The position numbers and the translations under genes were made by a program. 64,000 nucleotides of DNA, taken from positions 4,412,845 to 4,476,844 of the forward strand of contig SMSO01000014.1 in assembly GCA_004764695.1 (NCBI GenBank). Direction: 5' to 3'. This document shows positions 9,258 through 22,144 of this stretch, piece after piece (position 1 is the first letter of the stretch; the number at the start of each line of letters is the position of its first letter). Under the pieces are notes generated by a model, which had not been told where the DNA came from, did no database searches, and saw nothing but the letters and a program-made list of their open reading frames with translations. Source of the stretch: Schizochytrium sp. TIO01. Taxonomy: Eukaryota; Protista; Bigyra: Labyrinthulomycetes.

Positions 9258-12200
9258 GCTTTTTATATTTTGGTTTTGCTGAAGAATCAATCAGAGTCAA
9301 TCTCCCCAGGACTTCCCAGTCCAGCACAAACTCAAATTCCAAAGGTCAAGTCAATCGATCGTTGTGCGCGATCCTAGCAAGTGCTTGAGTACGCCACTTA
9401 TGAGCTATCGCCCAACAGAGTACACGTGGGTCAGTGGTGCCTTTGATGCGTCACCCGTGTGTAAATTTCTCCCTCTCCAATTTCTGTTTCTTCGTTACTG
9501 GGGTCAACTTCGCGAGTGTATTGTACCACCCTGCTGCTTCGGTCTCCTGCCGTTTCGTTTCGCTTTGCTGTCGCACTAGTAGCAAACTAGCAAGAGCACT
9601 GACAGCGCTCGCCGCAAACCGTGCCCAAAGTAACCTCAGCCGAGCTGTGAAGTGCCGCGCACACGACACTGCGATTCGGATTTGCTGTCCCCAGGACTCA
9701 TGATTTTAGCAGTTCTTCAATCCAGCACGATTCTTTTTATTTTGAAGAAAAGTATTCTCTTGTCAACTTAATTGAACAAATGCAAATCTTAATTTTGATT
9801 TGTTTTCTTCATATTTTAAAACAAAGTATGAATACAAGGCAGTAGTACAAGTAAATAATAGTAAAAATACTACTAAAATGATTTATATAACATTTCCAGT
9901 GTTTTTCTTTAATAATAATATTACTCATATAGATATATAGAGTAGAGCTAACTGTACTTTTCTTATAACTTCGTTTACATTTTATTTTATTAAAAAAAAA
10001 AAAAAAAAAAAAGTAATTAAAAAAGTAATTAAAATAACCTGAGGAAGTAAAGTCCCAGAATGAATTCCAACCAGCTTTGGCCTTGAAAGCCGCGTGGGTA
10101 ACATGAACCTTCTCTATACGGGCGTATCACGCTTCATCAATAACAAGGCACCCGACTTACTAGACCCTTGATTCTTCACAAAGGCCGCTTCCCTCGCACA
10201 ATCCCATAGCTCCAAAGCGCACGCCCGGGCCCATTCGTCCTCTCACTCCATCGAAGCACATCATCAAAAAACTTGACGAAGTCCAAAACGCAATCCACGA
10301 GCAGAGTATCGAGCTCGCGCTGAGTCTATCTCCATCCTGCACATGCTCTCCGCAGAATGGAATCAGAATGCATGGGCTGCAGCAACCAGAGCGCGAACTT
10401 CTTGGCATCGTAGAGGAGGCACTTGACCTTCATCAAGTAGAAGAGAACGCAAACGAAGCATCGCACAACATTGTGCGAGTATCGCTCCATTGGCGAGGTT
10501 TCGGACCTAGACAAGGCAAATGCCTGCGTCGATACGTCTGCAAGGCCCTCCTCGCTCTTCGTCCCACGTCTCACCTTCTGTTGCCGTGGCGGCTTCGGCT
10601 TGCAGGCCCTGCACAGCGCCTACCGCGGGGTAGTGGTGACCTCTGAGAGTCCATCCGTCTCCTGGCCATCGCCATCGGCGTGAAGCTAGCTGGCTTGCAT
10701 ATGCTGGTGCAGGTGAACTTGAGGCATCGCCTCGAGGAGGGCACCGGGGGGACGCACACGATGCACAGAAAGATCTTGCAGGGTCCGTGGCCGTCGCTGC
10801 GGATGCGCTCGACTGCTCTTCGCAATGTTGCTTGCGGCGAGACCATCACACAGAAGCATTGTCATAGATTAAGAGTTTTGGATAAGGTACTTTGAAAGTT
10901 GTGTTTAATGTATAAAATAAAATAAAATAATAGGTACCTCGCAGTGATCAATTCAAGTTTTATGAATTCAAGAACATGCATGATAACTGGAAACGCCGTC
11001 GCTACTTTCAAGAGATATCGAGCATTCCTTGAGACGGACAGAATTCTCTAGCTAGCCAAAAAGAACTTTGATTTCAAGTTAGCCTTCAAGACATTAGAAT
11101 TATTTTAGAGCAATTGAATATTACTGTGCACACGTCACTCGCTTCTCAAGCGTTGATGAGAATGGTTCTCGCATGAATAAACTGTAGCTCGTAGTGGTAT
11201 CTTTAATCCATCTTCTGAGCAGCTATGATCTTCGTGACTTCATTCGGAGCTTCACACTCGAGAAATCACCCAACTTTGCAACTCCAGTTCTGTCCATTCT
11301 AGTTTGCTTTCGAAGACCCTACGCAGTTTATTTAATACGATGCTTCTTTTCCTTTTTCCTGTTTTATTTCATTCGAATAAGTTTTTAGAAGGCCATTAAA
11401 TTAAGCCCATCTCATCCAATGGCCCTAAATATTTGATGTTCCGGCTCCACGAGCGCGTGTTAGATCGTCTTTGGAAACCAGAGAGGCAGCAGCTGTCCCT
11501 TCTTCCTTTTGAGTGAGCGGGGGCGTCCATAATAAAATCGACCAGTCCCGTCCCTTTCTCCGGCTCGTAATTCGTATTCTTTGGTCATCGATGGGATAAG
11601 ATAACAATGTAATGGCAATGATGATGGACCCTTTCTCAGCCTTTCTCGAGCAGTAGTAGTAGTAGTCACTTAGACGGGCATAGCAGAAGGAAGTTGGAGG
11701 CAGAGCAGCATCGTCTCGCGGATTCGCTTTTTCATTTTTTCTGTTATTTGTAATTGTTACTTTCAATCAATTAGAAAAAATCAAAAGTCCACTTTTTTTT
11801 TCCCCTTTCTGTAGGCAGATTTCTGTTATGAACTAGTGTGTCGATTTTTATTTTTATTTTTATTTTTTTTTAATGTTAAGTAAAAGAAAAAGAGCTTGTG
11901 GCGAGAGAGAAATTCATCTTTGGCGGTACCTTTGATCAAGCTCAAGCTATTTTCGGGAGTTCGACGCCCTTTACTTGTTGCGTTGGGGTTTCAACATTAT
12001 CCTATAGCTAGCCTCGACGAAAGGGTTTGCTATGGAGGCAACGGCTCCGGTCTAAGGTATCCACTGTGGACGCGTTGATCGCTTCTTCTTCTTCTTCTTC
12101 TTCTTTTTAGAAATTAATTTTTTTTTTTAATAAAAAAGTATTTAAAGCTCAGAATCGTCTTCAATTTGTAAACGAAAACAGATTCAAAGTTGGAGCTCGT

Positions 12201-15200
12201 GGACTCTGATTCCTTTTGGCCGCGTGGGTTTTCTCTTCCCCGATCGGTGTAACCGCCACAGCGCGAGCAATATGGTTGAGCACAAGTGCATAATGAGGGC
12301 ATGCGCGGTTCAATTCACTGGTGCGGGTAATTAAGCGACTTGCTCTATTTTCTATTTCTTTTTTCTCGCACTTCGCGAGCAACTTGAAAGTTTCATCTTC
12401 AACTTCAAGTGCTTCGAAACCACGGAAAGGAAATGTGAACGTCAAGATTTCAACTTGAAAACTTACAGCAGCGGTAATAACAACAGCAACAGCAACAGCA
12501 ACAGCAACAACAAAAATAACGAGAACACGGACAAAGATCTGCTCTCTGAAAACTTGAGCTTGACTTCGGAACGCGATCCTGAAAAAGAATCGTCCTGCGG
12601 GAGTTAAAAATTTTGACTAATTTTAAGCCGCAACGAAAACTCTGCAATTGAGCGGACTTGCAGCTTTTGGGTGGTTGGTTCACGCAGGTGCCTGAGCTGC
12701 CTTTGGACGTGAAGGTGGGTGCGTAACAACTTTGCTGGCGGCTGTTGGCAGCGGCTTCTCTCTCATTTGCCCGATTTCTTCTTCATCTTCAAAGCTCTTA
12801 AAGAGCTGTGATTCCGTCGTCTATAGAAAGAAACTAAAAACTTTTCTTTTCTTTTCTTTTCTTTTCTTTTCCTTCATTTTATTGTATACTGGCAATAGTG
12901 ATTGAAAACACTAACTTGAGAGAGTCAAAGTCAAATGAATCTAAAAAAGTTATGAGTTGAGGTAATAGGAAGAGAAGAGAAGAAAAGAAAAGAAAAGAAA
13001 AACCATTGTTTGGGTTCTGAGAACCCGTCGAAGAGCATCAGCATCACGATGCTTGATGAGATCTTTGAGGACCAGGATACCATCTGCGACGGAGCTTACG
13101 CTCTCCAAGCACTAGCAACCCTGCTTTGACCTGGTGCTGCTTGCTCTTGTCCGCACTAGCGGCGAAGCTGAGGCTTTGGGTTCGGCTTCGGCTTCGGCTT
13201 CGGCTTCGGTTTCCATGCCAGTTTTGCGCTTGTCTTGTCGCTGCATCTCCAGAGCTAGCTCGCGGCCTCCATGGCGGACAGCGATGCGATGACGGCCACG
13301 CTCGAGGAGGAGGGCCCGGAGCAGACTGGCCGCTGCGAGGAACTGACTGGCCAAGTTTGAGGACCAAGTAGTCAATCGCGCGAAGTTGACACGACGCCTG
13401 GAGGCGGCGCGGAAGAACGAACTTCGGGTCTTGGCGTGCGAGAAGGCGAATGCGGATACCCGAACTGCGCAAAACTTCGAGGCCAGGACCACGAAGGCCG
13501 CCATAACTGGCGCCGCAGTCCCACTCGATGGGCTCGAGCTGAGCTGGAAGACAGCAAGCACCTCGAGCACGGGATTAATGGACATGCAATTGAAGAAATC
13601 GCCACGTTGACTGTTGCTCTCCGGCGAAGCGAGATGGCATCGCGGGGTGGCTCTTGGGCCAGGGCGCAGTACGATCGCAACTAAAACCGCAGTCGCAGCT
13701 TCACCGGCCCGTGGGCAGCGATGTCTTTGGATAAGCTGCCGACCTCCATCGCGAGGGCTTTGAGGGAAGCGAGAGGGAACTCAATGTGCTCCCGAGACTG
13801 TGCCCAGCCGGTGCGAGGCTGGCCCGTCGTGGGGGCGCCAGGCTGAAGCTTGGCGGAAGCGCCGGCGACGGCCACGGTCCCTGGCTTGCGCCGCGGCCTC
13901 TCGCGTCGAATGGACCGCGAAGAGGTCGTCCTGGAATTACAGAGAGGATTGCGCCAGTGTAATCCCTCCTGCTCTGTGCTTTCGTTGGCTCCCGTAAACC
14001 CAAATGTGGAGCGTGCCTTGGCATACGAGTAGCGTGGAGCTCCACGATTGTTCAAAGCACCCCATACGTTAGGAAGACACGCGAGAGCGCAGGGAGGTGG
14101 GCCTGGAGAGGTTCAAGGGACCGTGGGGAATTAAGGCACAGGCACTGGCGACGAAAATGACCTCGAAGAGTGCTGCGCGGAGAAGCGCACGGGGTGTCGA
14201 GGAGAAGAAACACCCCGAAAGCGATCGCCTCAACCTCAAAATTTCGAGTGCAGGTCGGGAAAGGTCGAGAGAATGGCGGTAGATAGCTCAGGGCTGGTGC
14301 CGAGCGTGCGCCGGGATCGAGACCAGGCTACTGCGAGGCGATAGGATATTGACGAGGCGATTATTTCTTTTCCCAACACGGAGGTAGACAGGTACGCACC
14401 TACCTACTTATTTAACTAGCTAGTGCAAGCTCAAGATCTAAATCGAGCTGCGTAGTGGAGCCAGAAAGAAGCGTGTAAATGCTTCAGCATGAACATTGCA
14501 TGATTGGGATTTTCGGGACACTCAGCGTCCGCATAGAAAAGGTTGGGAATTGATTGCGTCGACATGGTAAAGCAAGGTTGCACCACTTTTCAAGACACAC
14601 GGAGTTAAAGATTGTACCCTACTATCTGGGTTTCATGGACTGCTTTAGAGTAGCAGTTGCAGGCAATGAAAACATGCCATAAAAAGGCGTGCTTTGTAGA
14701 AGAGAGAAGGATCTATTTGAGGTACATAGCAGTAGTTAGTGTTGAAACTAAAGTTAAAACAAACATTCTTGCTCGGACTTTGGATTTCTGCATGTCACTA
14801 GAATTGAAAGATAATCACTTGAAGACATGACTTCCTAATATTTGATTGCTCTTTTTATCTTGTTGCTTTTTTAGCCTTTTTTGTTTTGTTTTTTTGTTTA
14901 ATCCGCCGCAAACTCAAACTAGTATTCTTTTGGCTACTTCGGAATCGTAGGGAGGAAGAGGAAGCCACATTACTCCCTGCGCAATTGAACTTTCTAATGA
15001 ACTCTCATGAAACTATGGCTTAAGACCTCGGCGCGGCAATCCTTTGATGGCCGGTCATCAGTCCCAGGTTTTGGACACAGCAATTTAAGGTCTCTCCCTC
15101 CAGTGGAATCGCGTAAATATTGGAGCCCCAAGCCTTAACCTGAGGTTACCTTAATAGCTGCAGTTCACCTCCATTCGTGCAGTGAGACCTGTCTTTAAAC

Positions 15201-15495
15201 TTAACCAAAAGAAATGCCAGATACGACCCTCTCACGCTCTGGTCAGAATGTACCCGTGCAACAAACAAAGTCCTAGAGTATATACCTATCGATAACAATA
15301 GTACTTCGCTCCATCTTAGCCATCGAAGAAGAAAAAAAAAAACCTCGACTAGAGCCCCAAATTATCCACAGGTTCTAGCACACCTGTGGCTGGAGAGGGA
15401 CAGGAGGCCTTCTGCAACACCTCTTGGCCCTTGGACTCTCGCGGGCTTCCTTTTTCTATAAGGCTAGGCGGTCGTGTGGAGGTTCCTGGCCCTGA

Positions 15496-18400
15496 TTGAC
15501 TGAGATCTTCAACCCGCTAGCGACGGTTGTACACGCTATGGCAAGCTCGAGATACCTATCTAAGCGCGATGCGCAGCGGAAAGAGCTTGGCAAGTCTCTC
15601 GTGAGTTCGATCGCTGGCATTTCTGAGGAAGATGACCCTGAGAATGCTGCTCTTGCATTGGATTTCGTTCTCGACCACTTCGCTCGGCCCCAAACCTCAC
15701 AACTCTTAATGCGCGTCAAAGATGTCTACACATTATATGAAGGCATTGCAAGCAAAATGCACGCTCACGCAGAACACTTGCGGGCTGAACGCATGATGGA
15801 CTGTCTTCACGAAGCTCAAGAAGGCTTAGACGAGGACACATTTGCAGCTGTTGCGAGTATGCTTCATATGCTTTCCCATGCCCCTTCAAGGACAGACCTT
15901 GATGAGGATGCCAAATTGCTCTACGACATGCGCGTCGAAGAGCGCCGAAACCAGGAAGATGCTGCAAGGCTTGAGACAGATGCGCGCGAGCGCCTTCGTC
16001 TTCATAAAGAAGCACTTCTACAAGAATTGCAGCAAGTCCCTGATGATCTCATTGATCAAGATTGGCTCGATGAGGATTTCTCTTCATCCTCAGAACTTTC
16101 AGATTTTGGCTCAGATGATGAAGAAGACACAAAGTCCCCACCTAATCAGATTTCCATCACCGATGCTGCAAAGAGTGTGGAGAAACCAGATGCATTGAAG
16201 ATTCAAACCCAAACAAGTAAGGATACTGAAGACGAGGATTGTCTTCTGGATGACATTTGGCTCTCGAGTGTCCGTCGCTCTGCACAAGATGAGGAACTGA
16301 TTTCTACTGTTGTCATGGAAGATCAAAAGCCACCGACAATTCAACATTTTAATGCTACGTGCTATGACGCATGTGTTCGTTCTTTGAAAGAGCGAGAATC
16401 GCTGCGTGGTTTAGGGGCCGAGTCACTTGTACCTGGTGGAAGAGACCATATCGTTCATGAAGCCGAGCTCTGCAGAGCAATGCTCTTGGCTTTTCATGGG
16501 TACGAGTCTGTTGGCTTGGTTGTGAAGAGACTATCCTCAAAGGGGGGAATAAAGTCACCGCTGTCTACCTGCGACAGGAATTTTAACTTTCAAAGCTTTC
16601 AATTAGAGCAGGGGGTATCTCTTGCTCATACCTCTGGAGAGGCTTTGGCAAATGCAATTAGGCCGCTTTTAAAAGCAGCAAGCGCCTTGCATGAAGCCCG
16701 CATGATATGTTTAAATTTGCTTGATTCCCAAGCTACCCTTCCGCTAACGTTTCAGCGGACAGCAGCGCTGATCTCAGACATTATCGAAACGCATGTGAAG
16801 TGCCAAATTACTGCAATGGAAAAACAGGTGCAACAGGGAGCAATTATTAGTGAAACAACTACTTATTCTGCTACAGAGCGAATCAAAACTGCACCGACAT
16901 TAATATCTCTATCTAATGACCTCCGCTCATTACGTGAGGAGGCAAAAGCTTTGAAAGATGCCGCAAGTCTTCTTTCTAATTTTCGACCCACTGGAGATGT
17001 TGACGACTGCCGCACCGCAGCGAAAGATCTGCTTAATGCTCTTTTTGACCGAGCGCTGGATGAATTTACTTTGCAAGGGAACCATGTATCATCAGTTCAA
17101 CCCTACGATATATGGGGACGTATTTTCCGGGCTGCCATGGCATCGCAGACACAAATGTTAGGGCAATTTTTTTATGAAGGCCGACTTTCTGACCCTTTTC
17201 GGGAATTTTTCCTAAGTGTAGATATTCAAGGTGGTGTGATTCTCCATGCTGCTCCCCGCGCGTGGCAGCCAATGTGCGAGCGAATTTTCATGTTGTGTGA
17301 CGCTATTGAAATGCTACGAAGGCTTGGTGCTCATGATGGACCTCGTGGTGCAGGATGGCCACCTTGGCCTCTTGAGGTAGGCCAGCGAGCCCTTAACTTG
17401 CATCGTGTTCTTCTCGCCGAAACCCCTCCAGCTCGTGTTCAGGCACCTGGGACAACAGACGATGAGTCGCACATGGCCGTGGCTCTACTTGGTACCCGTC
17501 TGTTTGCGCCCCTGAATGACATCTGCACACTGGTTAACCAGACTGTGATGCGTGAGCACATTGTATCACATCGGGTTCTAGAGAAGCTTGCCGAGATGCG
17601 AGCACTGTTTTTTGTCCAAAATGAACTCTCACTGCAGGCATTTTTACGAGATGTTTATTATGCTGCAGATCGTGATTTACCGTCTTCTAACCCAGTGGTA
17701 GCTGAAGCCATGAATATTTATCTTGAAGAGTTCATGGAGGATACAAGGCTACCCCCAGGCTGCTTGACTCCAGCAGCATCCCCTACCTCGAAGTACGGAA
17801 TGGATGACGAGCAACGTAGTGAGACGTTAACCCATCTTCTTCATGCTGATCTGGAGGATCACTTGCAAGACCTGTCAAAAGATCAAGTTCACGTAGTTTT
17901 TGAAAGCGTCCCTGGATCAGAGCGTTTCCAAAATTTTGGCGTACGTGCGTTAACAGGCATGCGACTCGTATGTGACATTCCACCACCTTTGGATTCTGTT
18001 GTTGATGGTGATGCACATGCGCAATATCAAGCTGTTTTCCGATTCCTGGTTCTGATTAAACGTACTATGCTGGTGCTTTGTCGACTTCAGCACAACCTTC
18101 GTCGTGATGTCCTGACAGCTCAGAAGGAGGGGGACACAACCCGACCTTACGCACGCATGCATAAGGTCAATTTAATGCTTATCGAACACTTACATTTTAT
18201 TTCTAATCTCCATGCATTTGTCATGCATCGGCTTGCTGATGTTTCGTGGACCCAGTTCACTGACGAAGCTCGCAAGGCAACTCGTATTGACCTTGTGTAC
18301 GATCTTCATCGCGCCTATCTTCGTCGTGTGTGCATTCAGTGCTTAATTTCACCTGACACGCCGAATGCTCCAACTCGTGTCATGGAGGCTGTTCATGAAA

Positions 18401-18666
18401 TGCTCGAGTGCTCTCTACATTTCCGCGTCCTGGTGATTGCACTCTGGCAAAATTCACAGCGAAATGAAGAGCAGACCGTTGAACGACTATGGAAATCATT
18501 GAGCGCAATACACGCCAAATTCACCCGTGCTAGTCGCTTCCTTCTCATTATGCTTTCCCAGCGCGCTTCCCTCGGTGGAGCAAAGCACCTTGAGGACGTT
18601 CTCACCCGTCTCGATTTCAACCAAGCATGTCGCAGAAAACGCGTGCCTGCAAAATCCACCAAGTAA
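15496..18666 (+). CDS. Gamma-tubulin complex component (Spc97/Spc98/GCP family, GCP5-like)
   Basis: GRIP-domain motifs: GRLSDPFREFF, PPPLDSVV...YQAVFRFLVLIKR, HFISNLHAFVM, and the C-terminal LEDVLTRLDFN. First ATG at 15538. Confidence 0.85.
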   Translation: MTEIFNPLATVVHAMASSRYLSKRDAQRKELGKSLVSSIAGISEEDDPENAALALDFVLDHFARPQTSQLLMRVKDVYTLYEGIASKMHAHAEHLRAERMMDCLHEAQEGLDEDTFAAVASMLHMLSHAPSRTDLDEDAKLLYDMRVEERRNQEDAARLETDARERLRLHKEALLQELQQVPDDLIDQDWLDEDFSSSSELSDFGSDDEEDTKSPPNQISITDAAKSVEKPDALKIQTQTSKDTEDEDCLLDDIWLSSVRRSAQDEELISTVVMEDQKPPTIQHFNATCYDACVRSLKERESLRGLGAESLVPGGRDHIVHEAELCRAMLLAFHGYESVGLVVKRLSSKGGIKSPLSTCDRNFNFQSFQLEQGVSLAHTSGEALANAIRPLLKAASALHEARMICLNLLDSQATLPLTFQRTAALISDIIETHVKCQITAMEKQVQQGAIISETTTYSATERIKTAPTLISLSNDLRSLREEAKALKDAASLLSNFRPTGDVDDCRTAAKDLLNALFDRALDEFTLQGNHVSSVQPYDIWGRIFRAAMASQTQMLGQFFYEGRLSDPFREFFLSVDIQGGVILHAAPRAWQPMCERIFMLCDAIEMLRRLGAHDGPRGAGWPPWPLEVGQRALNLHRVLLAETPPARVQAPGTTDDESHMAVALLGTRLFAPLNDICTLVNQTVMREHIVSHRVLEKLAEMRALFFVQNELSLQAFLRDVYYAADRDLPSSNPVVAEAMNIYLEEFMEDTRLPPGCLTPAASPTSKYGMDDEQRSETLTHLLHADLEDHLQDLSKDQVHVVFESVPGSERFQNFGVRALTGMRLVCDIPPPLDSVVDGDAHAQYQAVFRFLVLIKRTMLVLCRLQHNLRRDVLTAQKEGDTTRPYARMHKVNLMLIEHLHFISNLHAFVMHRLADVSWTQFTDEARKATRIDLVYDLHRAYLRRVCIQCLISPDTPNAPTRVMEAVHEMLECSLHFRVLVIALWQNSQRNEEQTVERLWKSLSAIHAKFTRASRFLLIMLSQRASLGGAKHLEDVLTRLDFNQACRRKRVPAKSTK

Positions 18667-19212
18667 AGTAACATAACATATTCTATAAATCTTCTTCACA
18701 GATTCATCATTAATTTATCATTAACTTTATTTGCCCAGCAGAACTTCACGTGACATCAGATCTCTCACTAGCTTGAAATCTGGTTCTCTGTTCCCAATAT
18801 TGTCCCGAATGCAAAAGCTGTTTTAGTCTCGTTCTATTTTGTTGAGGTTTTTGCGTCGTGTACAGATCAGAGAAAAGATTATAACGTTTTGGTTAAGTAA
18901 TCTTAGCATGATTGATGGTTTGTGTTGCACCAGGAGAAGAAGAAGAAGAAGGAAAACCTCAACTGGTGTCCTTCTGCGACCTCAGTTCGGAATCCTTCTA
19001 GCTCGACAAGCGTGGGTGACACATACTCGCGGGTCAAACCCATCTACGCTTAGGTACGCTGGGTGAGGGAAACTTTCTAGGCTTTTGTAGCTTACATCTC
19101 GGTGCATGAAAGTGATTGCCCAAAGAAGCTAAGGTGCTATCTTTGAGTTTCTCTTGTAGCGTTTTACACGAAGGCTAGAAAGCGTGACAGACTTGCTGGA
19201 GCTCAAGCTAGA

Positions 19213-20316
19213 ATGGCATCCCGTAGTCATGCTGAGGGCCAGGCTCTTGCACGTGCAAAGACGAAGACTTTGGTAAGTGGCAAATTTTAAATTACATGTC
19301 TGAGGACATTGGCCAAATATAAATAAACAAGCGCTATATGGGAAATTAATTTCTGACAATTGTAATTACGGTTGTTCTCGTTTTGTCTACAGGCTGGTCA
19401 TGAGCAACGTGTGCTCTCTCTTGGATGGAACACTAATGGATCCCTTCTCGCATCTGGATCAGATGATACAAGTGTAAAATTGTGGTCAGTGGGGAGCACA
19501 GGAGTAACCCGCGAGGTACGGGATCTGAAAGGTCACACTAAGAGCGTGGACCAAGTTCGCTGGGCAAAACACGACCCGCACAAGCTGGTGTCCGCGTCTG
19601 CGGATAAGAGCGTACGTCTGTGGGATACGCGGGCTGGACGTTGCGCACAAACCTGGCTTACATCTGGACCAAACTTAAATCTTGCATTTCATCCCGATGA
19701 AACTCAAATCGCCGTAGGCGACCGTGATGATCTTGTGACTTTGTTTGATGTTCGGAAGCAGGATGCTTTAGATTCGGTTGACTTTCAGACGCGTTTTGAC
19801 ACCCAAATTAATCAGATATCATGGAATACAAGTGGTTCGCACTTGTTTTTGACCTGGGGCAAGAGCGCGGTTGGTCGTGGTGGCCTGAAGATTGCGAACA
19901 CGCAAGAAGGCAAAATAGATATTGTTGCAACCCTTGAAGCGCACACAGCCAACTGCATTTCCTTGGACTTTAGTGGTGACGGAAAGTGGTTTTCCGTAGG
20001 CAGCACTGATGCGCTACTTTCTGTATGGGATGCGGAGGAACTTTGTGCTGTACGCACTTTTGGCAGAAGCGAAACACAGTTGCGGAGCTCAAGCCTCAGT
20101 GCTAACGCCCAACTGATTGCATATGGCTCTCTAGATCGCACCATCGCTGTGGATGACGTGCAAACTGGGGCAGAAGTAGCTAGTATTGACTCTAGCATGG
20201 TTGACGGTGTCAACTCCTTGGCATGGCATCCATCCGAGCTCATTTTAGCTTTCTGTGGTGATGAACCAAAGGGCACACGCGGTGGTTTTGTTCGCGTAGT
20301 AGGCGTAAACTTCTAG
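19213..20316 (+). CDS. THOC3: THO complex subunit 3 (Tex1-like WD40 protein), 2 exons: 19213-19272, 19393-20316
   Basis: WD40 repeats with THOC3-typical GH..SVDQ..W, AHTANCI..F...G..F.VGS.DAL.S.WD and LAWHP...LAF. A GTAAGT...CTACAG intron joins MASRSHAEGQALARAKTKTL in frame to AGHEQRV. Confidence 0.8.
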
Positions 20317-20704
20317 ACCTCCCAAACGATTTTTGTAACGGGTAGCGTTATGCTGGTTTCCTAAAAGTTTAATTTAGCGTGGGATAAAACAAGGGGTGGG
20401 GCGTTATTACTCTATCTAGATTTACAGTATACACCGCATCAAGCAAAACAACGCCGTAACAAAAAGGTTCAAACAAGGGTGCAACAAAGAATTGTTTTAA
20501 TGTTTATTAGAGGATCAAGCAGTGAGATAACAAAACAAAATCAACCACACAGTGAGTCCCATAAATGTGTTTGATGCCAAGTTAGAGTGAACTGAAGATT
20601 GATAGGTGGAACTAGCCTCACTCAATAGGAAATGGAGAATGCAAAGCAGAATAGAGCAGAGACCAACAGCAAAGAAACAAATACAAATACTCATACAGCA
20701 TCAA

Positions 20705-22144
20705 TTATGCCTTTCTGTCATTGGCAGCTTGCCAGTTGAAGAGCGAAAGCGCAATTCCAAACGCTTGAACAGGTGCGAGTGGAAATCGAAAGTCGAGATT
20801 GAAGCGCTCGTCATTGTATTTACCGAACTGCATGACTACGCGCTCTTCAGTTTGAGTTCTGCTGGAATCATGGCCTGAACTAGAACTATAAGCTGCAGAG
20901 GTTGCTGAGTCAGATGATGCGAGGTTATCTGAATTGTGATTAAGACAGAAAATTAGATTTTTGGAAGATGCGACACGAACTCGATTGTTCAAAAACTTCA
21001 TACGAAGGCTGCCAGTGTTACGATCGTACCTCGGCACGCGGGTGTTGATAATACATTCTCCATCCTCATTGCCAGCAAGCGGGCCAACCGCCGCGGCCTC
21101 TTTATCAGAGCGTGTTACGGGAGTCGAAGTTGTTCGTGTGAGTCGATTAGAACCTGCAACCTGTTTCTTGGCAACATAAGAATAGCCTTGACCACTACGC
21201 ATGCCAACAGCGTCCTTCGTCTCTTCATCGAACTCGTGACGCGGGTCCATCGATGTGGAAGAATGAGTCTTATCGAGGCGCGAGCGTGAGCGACCGGGTG
21301 TCATCACCTGTGGTGCAGTACTACATCCATCATCGCAGTCATGACTGGACTGGTTATCATGATCATGTTGCTGAGCTTGAGAAGACCCAAGGTACTGGCT
21401 CGCAGCGGTGTTGGGTCGTTGGGGTACAATAGACTTTGCATTTGCCGAGCGATTCTTTGGGTACCGGGGGCACCAAACATCCCGGCTGAGATCTGCATAT
21501 ACAACAGGAATCTTTACATTCACCGTATTGCATTCAATCCAGGAATCAGCACCAGCTTGAACTGGAGTGCTCCCGTGCTTTGTTTCAAGAAGTATTTGTC
21601 GATCTCCATTGACCCGGGACTGTGCACCACAAGTGTGCAATCCGAGCAGTTCATCGCAACCTTCGCACGTGCGATTATATAACGTGTACACTCGTGTTTG
21701 AGGGTTAAGGCGAAGCGCTGCACAAAAAGTGTCTCCTGAGCCTAGTTGTCCTGGGTTTTCCAAAAGCTCGAGCTCGCTGACGAAAGAGTGACAAAACTCT
21801 TCGTACTGAGAAATATAGATTGTATCGTCCACCATTTTAGCACTCAGCATAAAACGACCAGTAGTTTCGCAATATAAGTAAAAGTTTGCTTTGTCTTCAC
21901 GGACTACATGACACTTTCGTAGCTTGCGCATCTGTGGGTCTACGGGTGTAAGATGCTCCTCAATAAAAGTCTCCTTTGAACCTCCACATTCAAGCATGTC
22001 AATGTCACTGAATCGTTGTGATAGTGGCGTTCCAGGCTGGCTACCAAAGGTAAAGATGTCATCTGGGCCATACTTGTTGTGATAGCTATTGTTGCTGCTA
22101 ACGCTGCAGTCTGACATCGATAGTCTTCTCGTAAAAGCCTGCAT
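20705..22144 (-). CDS. Tubby C-terminal domain protein
   Basis: Tubby signature P.YD...S..M.F..RV..ASSKN and the C-terminal QFGK....FNLDFRFPLAPVQAFGIALS.F. Confidence 0.85.
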   Translation of the reverse strand: MQAFTRRLSMSDCSVSSNNSYHNKYGPDDIFTFGSQPGTPLSQRFSDIDMLECGGSKETFIEEHLTPVDPQMRKLRKCHVVREDKANFYLYCETTGRFMLSAKMVDDTIYISQYEEFCHSFVSELELLENPGQLGSGDTFCAALRLNPQTRVYTLYNRTCEGCDELLGLHTCGAQSRVNGDRQILLETKHGSTPVQAGADSWIECNTVNVKIPVVYADLSRDVWCPRYPKNRSANAKSIVPQRPNTAASQYLGSSQAQQHDHDNQSSHDCDDGCSTAPQVMTPGRSRSRLDKTHSSTSMDPRHEFDEETKDAVGMRSGQGYSYVAKKQVAGSNRLTRTTSTPVTRSDKEAAAVGPLAGNEDGECIINTRVPRYDRNTGSLRMKFLNNRVRVASSKNLIFCLNHNSDNLASSDSATSAAYSSSSGHDSSRTQTEERVVMQFGKYNDERFNLDFRFPLAPVQAFGIALSLFNWQAANDRKA

